Assembly: GCA_036444795.1 (NCBI GenBank)
Contig: JAZFPV010000034.1
Location: 1 to 41,589 of the forward strand
DNA: 41,589 nt
Direction of reading: 5' to 3'
Source: Thermoplasmata archaeon
Lineage (GTDB): Archaea; Thermoplasmatota; Thermoplasmata; RBG-16-68-12; JAJISG01
A model generated the notes under the pieces. The model had not been told where the DNA came from and searched no databases. It saw only the letters and a program-made list of their open reading frames with translations. The translations under genes were made by a program, and so were the position numbers. Position 1 is the first letter of the stretch. Every line of letters starts with the position of its first letter. Shown piece after piece: positions 38,588 to 41,589 of this stretch.

Positions 38588-39676
38588 CTAGCGCACAAAG
38601 TCAACAAGGGGTGCGCGCGGGTCGGCTTCCGGGGATCGACCCAGAATCTGCCGGCTCTCCACGCCGGTGAGGACCACCATAACCCTCAGCCTGTGCTCTA
38701 GGCTTTTATCAACCGTCGCGCCCCATATAATCCTTGCGTCGGGGCTGATTCGCTCCTGGACGTACTCCGCTACTCGCTCCGCCTCGTAGACGCTCATGTC
38801 CATCCCGCCCGTGACGTTCACGAGGGCCGCGGACGCCCCGCTGACGTCGACCTCAAGGAGGGGGGAGTTGATGGCCTGCTCCACCGCCTCTTCGGCGCGC
38901 TCTTCGCTATGGCTCTCCCCCATCCCCATCATGGCGACGCCCCCCTCACCCATGACCGTCCGGATATCGTTGAAGTCCAGGTTCACGAGTCCAGGGCGGG
39001 TGACGATCTCGGAGATGCCTTTGATCGAACGCATGAGAACCTCGTCGGCGACCTTGAAGGCCGCGGCCAGCGGCAACCGAGGCACGAGTTCCAGAAGGCG
39101 GTCGTTGGGGATCATGATGAGCGTGTCCGCATACCGCCGGAGCTTCTCCAAGCCCCACTCTGCGTTCTCCATCCGGATGACGCCCTCCGCCCGAAAGGGG
39201 AGGGTGCAAATGGCCACGGTTAAGGCGCCCATCTCCTTGGCAACTCGGGCCACGACCGGGGCCCCGCCTGTGCCGGTCCCTCCGCCTTCTCCGCAGGTAA
39301 CGAACGCAATGTCGGCCCCTTCCATGAGGGCACGGATCTGGGGTTCCGCCTCTCGCGCGGCCTCCTCGCCCACGTGGGGGAGGGCGCCTGCGCCGAGCCC
39401 ACGCGTCGTGTGGCGACCCAGGAGAATCTTGTTCGGAGCTCGGACGTGGAGCAAGTGCTGGGCATCCGTATTGGCGGCGTAGAGATCCGCCCCCTCCACC
39501 CCCGCCTGGACGGTTCGGTTGATCGTATTGCAGCCGGCGCCCCCGATCCCCACGATCTTGATCGTGGTTCGGAGGCCCCGAAGAACCGCCTCCAGCTCCT
39601 CGTCCACCGAGAGCGGGGTCTCGGCGAGGACGTCCTCCTCCTGGCGAAAGGCGAGGGCTTCGGCGAAGACCCCCAT
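38588..39676 (-). CDS. ftsZ: Cell division GTPase FtsZ (downstream copy of a tandem pair)
   Basis: [13 protein letters not shown], tubulin signature [19 protein letters not shown] (T7 loop), NSPLLE. 362 aa. Confidence 0.9.
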   Translation of the reverse strand: MGVFAEALAFRQEEDVLAETPLSVDEELEAVLRGLRTTIKIVGIGGAGCNTINRTVQAGVEGADLYAANTDAQHLLHVRAPNKILLGRHTTRGLGAGALPHVGEEAAREAEPQIRALMEGADIAFVTCGEGGGTGTGGAPVVARVAKEMGALTVAICTLPFRAEGVIRMENAEWGLEKLRRYADTLIMIPNDRLLELVPRLPLAAAFKVADEVLMRSIKGISEIVTRPGLVNLDFNDIRTVMGEGGVAMMGMGESHSEERAEEAVEQAINSPLLEVDVSGASAALVNVTGGMDMSVYEAERVAEYVQERISPDARIIWGATVDKSLEHRLRVMVVLTGVESRQILGRSPEADPRAPLVDFVR

Positions 39677-39681
39677 ATGCG

Positions 39682-40803
39682 CTACCCCACGAAATCGATG
39701 CCCAACTTTTCCTTGACCTCCTGGGCGGTCTTGCGGCCCAGGATCTGCTTCGACTTCACGCCGGTCGCGACGAGCATAATCCGAAGCACGTGACGGAGGC
39801 CAGGGTCCACGGTGGCACCCCAGATGATGCGGGCGTTTGGGCTCACACGGGCCTGGACCTCTTCGGCGACGCGTTCGGCCTCGGAGACGGTCATGTCTTC
39901 TCCGCCGACGACGTTCACCAGGACGCCCGTGGAGGAGGAGACGTCGACCTCCAGCAGGGGAGAGTTGATCGCCTCGTCGATGGCCTCGATGGCCCGTTCC
40001 TCTCCCGTCGCCTGGCTCTCCCCGAGTCCGATCATGGCGACTCCTCCGCCCTTCATGATGGTCTTGATGTCATTGAAGTCGAGGTTGACCATGCCGGGCT
40101 TCGTGACCAGCTCGGTGATGCCCTTGATGGAACGCATGAGGACCTCGTCGGCCACCTTGAAGGCGGCGTTGAGGGAGAGGCGCGGGACCAATTCCAACAG
40201 CCGGTCGGTGGGGATGGCAATAACCGTGTCGGCGTTCTCTCGCAGCTTCTCCAATCCCCACTCCGCGTTCTCTGCCCGGATGCGACCTTCCCCGGTGAAG
40301 GGCATGGTGACCACGGCCACGGTCAGGGCGCCCATCTCCCGGGCGACCTGCGCCACCATCCCGATGGCCCCCGTCCCCGTGCCGCCCCCCAACCCGCACG
40401 TGACGAAGACCATGTCCGACTCGGCCAGTGCCGAACGGAGTTCTTCCTCCGCCTCCTTGGCGGCCTGGCTGCCCACGTGCGGAAGCGAGCCGGCCCCGAG
40501 GCCGCGCGTAAGGCGCTTGCCTAAGAGGAGTTTATGCGGGGACTTCGTGTGAAGGAGATGCTGGGCGTCCGTGTTGGCGGCGTACAGCTCTCCTCCCGTG
40601 ACCCCTTCTTCCACGATGCGAGAGATCGTATTGCAGCCGGCGCCTCCGATCCCCACGATCTTGATGCGGGTCTTGAGCGAGGCCAGAACCTCTTCCAATT
40701 CCTCGTTCGCTTCCGTGTCGTCGGCGCTAGGGACCGGAGCGGTAAGGTCCTCCGACTCAAAGCCGAGAGCATCCCTTGCGAGTGATTCCATAAGGTATCC
40801 CAT
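39682..40803 (-). CDS. ftsZ: Cell division GTPase FtsZ (upstream copy of a tandem pair)
   Basis: [38 protein letters not shown]. 373 aa. Separated from the next ftsZ by 5 nt. Confidence 0.9.
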   Translation of the reverse strand: MGYLMESLARDALGFESEDLTAPVPSADDTEANEELEEVLASLKTRIKIVGIGGAGCNTISRIVEEGVTGGELYAANTDAQHLLHTKSPHKLLLGKRLTRGLGAGSLPHVGSQAAKEAEEELRSALAESDMVFVTCGLGGGTGTGAIGMVAQVAREMGALTVAVVTMPFTGEGRIRAENAEWGLEKLRENADTVIAIPTDRLLELVPRLSLNAAFKVADEVLMRSIKGITELVTKPGMVNLDFNDIKTIMKGGGVAMIGLGESQATGEERAIEAIDEAINSPLLEVDVSSSTGVLVNVVGGEDMTVSEAERVAEEVQARVSPNARIIWGATVDPGLRHVLRIMLVATGVKSKQILGRKTAQEVKEKLGIDFVG

Positions 40804-40833
40804 CCCTTGGGAGCGGCGTCAATGAGGCGGTCC

Positions 40834-40845
40834 GTATAAAAAATC
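40834..40845 (-). promoter_or_regulatory. TATA box (GATTTTTTATAC on the minus strand) upstream of the ftsZ-secE-spt5-ribosomal cluster
   Basis: A strong AT-rich island 30-40 nt upstream of the ATG at 40803. Confidence 0.45.
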
Positions 40846-40954
40846 TATGGAGGCGCCACAGGGGGAGCGAACCGGGTTGAGGGGCCTGCCCGCAAGCACA
40901 CGCCCGGGGCGCGTTAAGAACGCTTAAACATGTGGACGGATTAACGGCCACCGC

Positions 40955-41272
40955 ATGGGGGAACTCGTCAAGCTCTGCACCCTTGCCGAGGTGGAGGAGG
41001 GCAAGATCCTCTATGTCGAGATTCTGGGCTGCGATTACATCGTCGTGCGGCAGGCCGAGGAGGTTTTCGCCTTGGACGGCACGTGCACGTACGACTGGAC
41101 CCGCCTGGACGGAGGATCTCTGGACGGCGAGGTGGTCACCTGCCCGGACGGCGGAGGCCAGTTCAACATCAAAACCGGGGAGGTCGTGAAGGCGCCACCC
41201 AGCTTTCCTTTGCAGACCTATCGAGTCACAGTCAACGGGGAGGACGTCCTCGCCGAGGTTACCGGATACTAA
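40955..41272 (+). CDS. Rieske-fold small protein lacking both His cluster ligands
   Basis: 105 aa with the layout of small Rieske ferredoxins, but the motifs read CTY (not CxH) and CPDGG (not CPxHG). A TATA-like CGCTTAAACA lies ~27 nt upstream. Confidence 0.6.
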   Translation: MGELVKLCTLAEVEEGKILYVEILGCDYIVVRQAEEVFALDGTCTYDWTRLDGGSLDGEVVTCPDGGGQFNIKTGEVVKAPPSFPLQTYRVTVNGEDVLAEVTGY

Positions 41273-41589
41273 ACGAACTCGATCAGAACGGCGGGAATCC
41301 GGTCCAAGAGGTCCGTGGCGGTCATCCCGTAGCTCAGCTCCCGAAACGCGATATCGCCCGCAAATCCGTTGGAGAATGCGGCGATCCGGGCGGCGTTGAA
41401 GGGCTCCACTCCTTTCCCCAGGAGGGCCCCCACCAGACCAGCCAAGACATCCCCTGTCCCCCCCACGCTCATGCCGGGATTCCCGGTGATGTTCACCTTC
41501 GTCGAACGCCCGTCCGAGACGATGTCATGGCGGCCCTTTTGGAGAATCGTGAGCCCCAACTCCTTGGCGAAGGAGGCCACCTGTTCCAT
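41269..41589 (-). CDS. ADP/ATP-dependent NAD(P)H-hydrate dehydratase (YjeF C-terminal/carbohydrate kinase family), C-terminal part; N-terminus outside the window
   Basis: GNPGMSVGGTGDVLAGLVGALLG is the diagnostic NnrD/YjeF_C motif. The ORF runs to the window edge. Confidence 0.8.
   Translation of the reverse strand: MEQVASFAKELGLTILQKGRHDIVSDGRSTKVNITGNPGMSVGGTGDVLAGLVGALLGKGVEPFNAARIAAFSNGFAGDIAFRELSYGMTATDLLDRIPAVLIEFV

Overview
GC-rich (roughly 60-65% by eye) archaeal chromosomal core region, densely packed on both strands. I saw no transposase, integrase, CRISPR array or recognisable defence genes. Gene content (RpoH/B/A'/A'', PolD large subunit, aEF-1beta, L30e, P0/P1, Spt5, SecE, two FtsZ, unsplit RpoB) suggests an FtsZ- and PolD-bearing euryarchaeote-like or Thermoplasmatota-like lineage; this placement is inference only. 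Two large minus-strand clusters dominate. (1) A roughly 12 kb tightly spaced run tRNA-Lys / rpoH / rpoB / rpoA1 / rpoA2 / rpl30e / nusA / rsmA / coiled-coil protein / NDP-sugar pyrophosphorylase (13902 down to 1978). (2) ftsZ / ftsZ / secE / spt5 / rpl11 / rpl1 / rplP0 / rplP1 (40803 down to 34782). Between them lie membrane and housekeeping genes: MscS channel, APC permease fused to USP domains, A24 peptidase, membrane pyrophosphatase, a stand-alone 5S rRNA, thioredoxin, PolD DP2, a GT4 plus polytopic membrane protein pair, HTH/V4R/flavin-reductase genes, tRNA-Thr, a cluster of Zn-ribbon proteins, a COG1244-type radical SAM protein and a CDF transporter. There is no obvious accessory island; the unusual signals are modifications of core machinery. 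The main ones are: a tRNA-Lys(UUU) gene interrupted by three introns (D-loop, anticodon loop, T-loop) immediately upstream of rpoH; a ~155-aa all-beta N-terminal extension fused in frame to Spt5; an HhH plus Lys/Ala/Pro-rich (histone-H1-tail-like) N-terminal extension on RpoA''; a CxxC...CxxC insertion in RpoB; tandem, closely related ftsZ paralogs; a recurring Zn-ribbon module in four nearby small or membrane proteins; and a tRNA-like structured element directly 3' of the 5S rRNA. All calls come from reading the sequence and the ORF translations; no database search was run.
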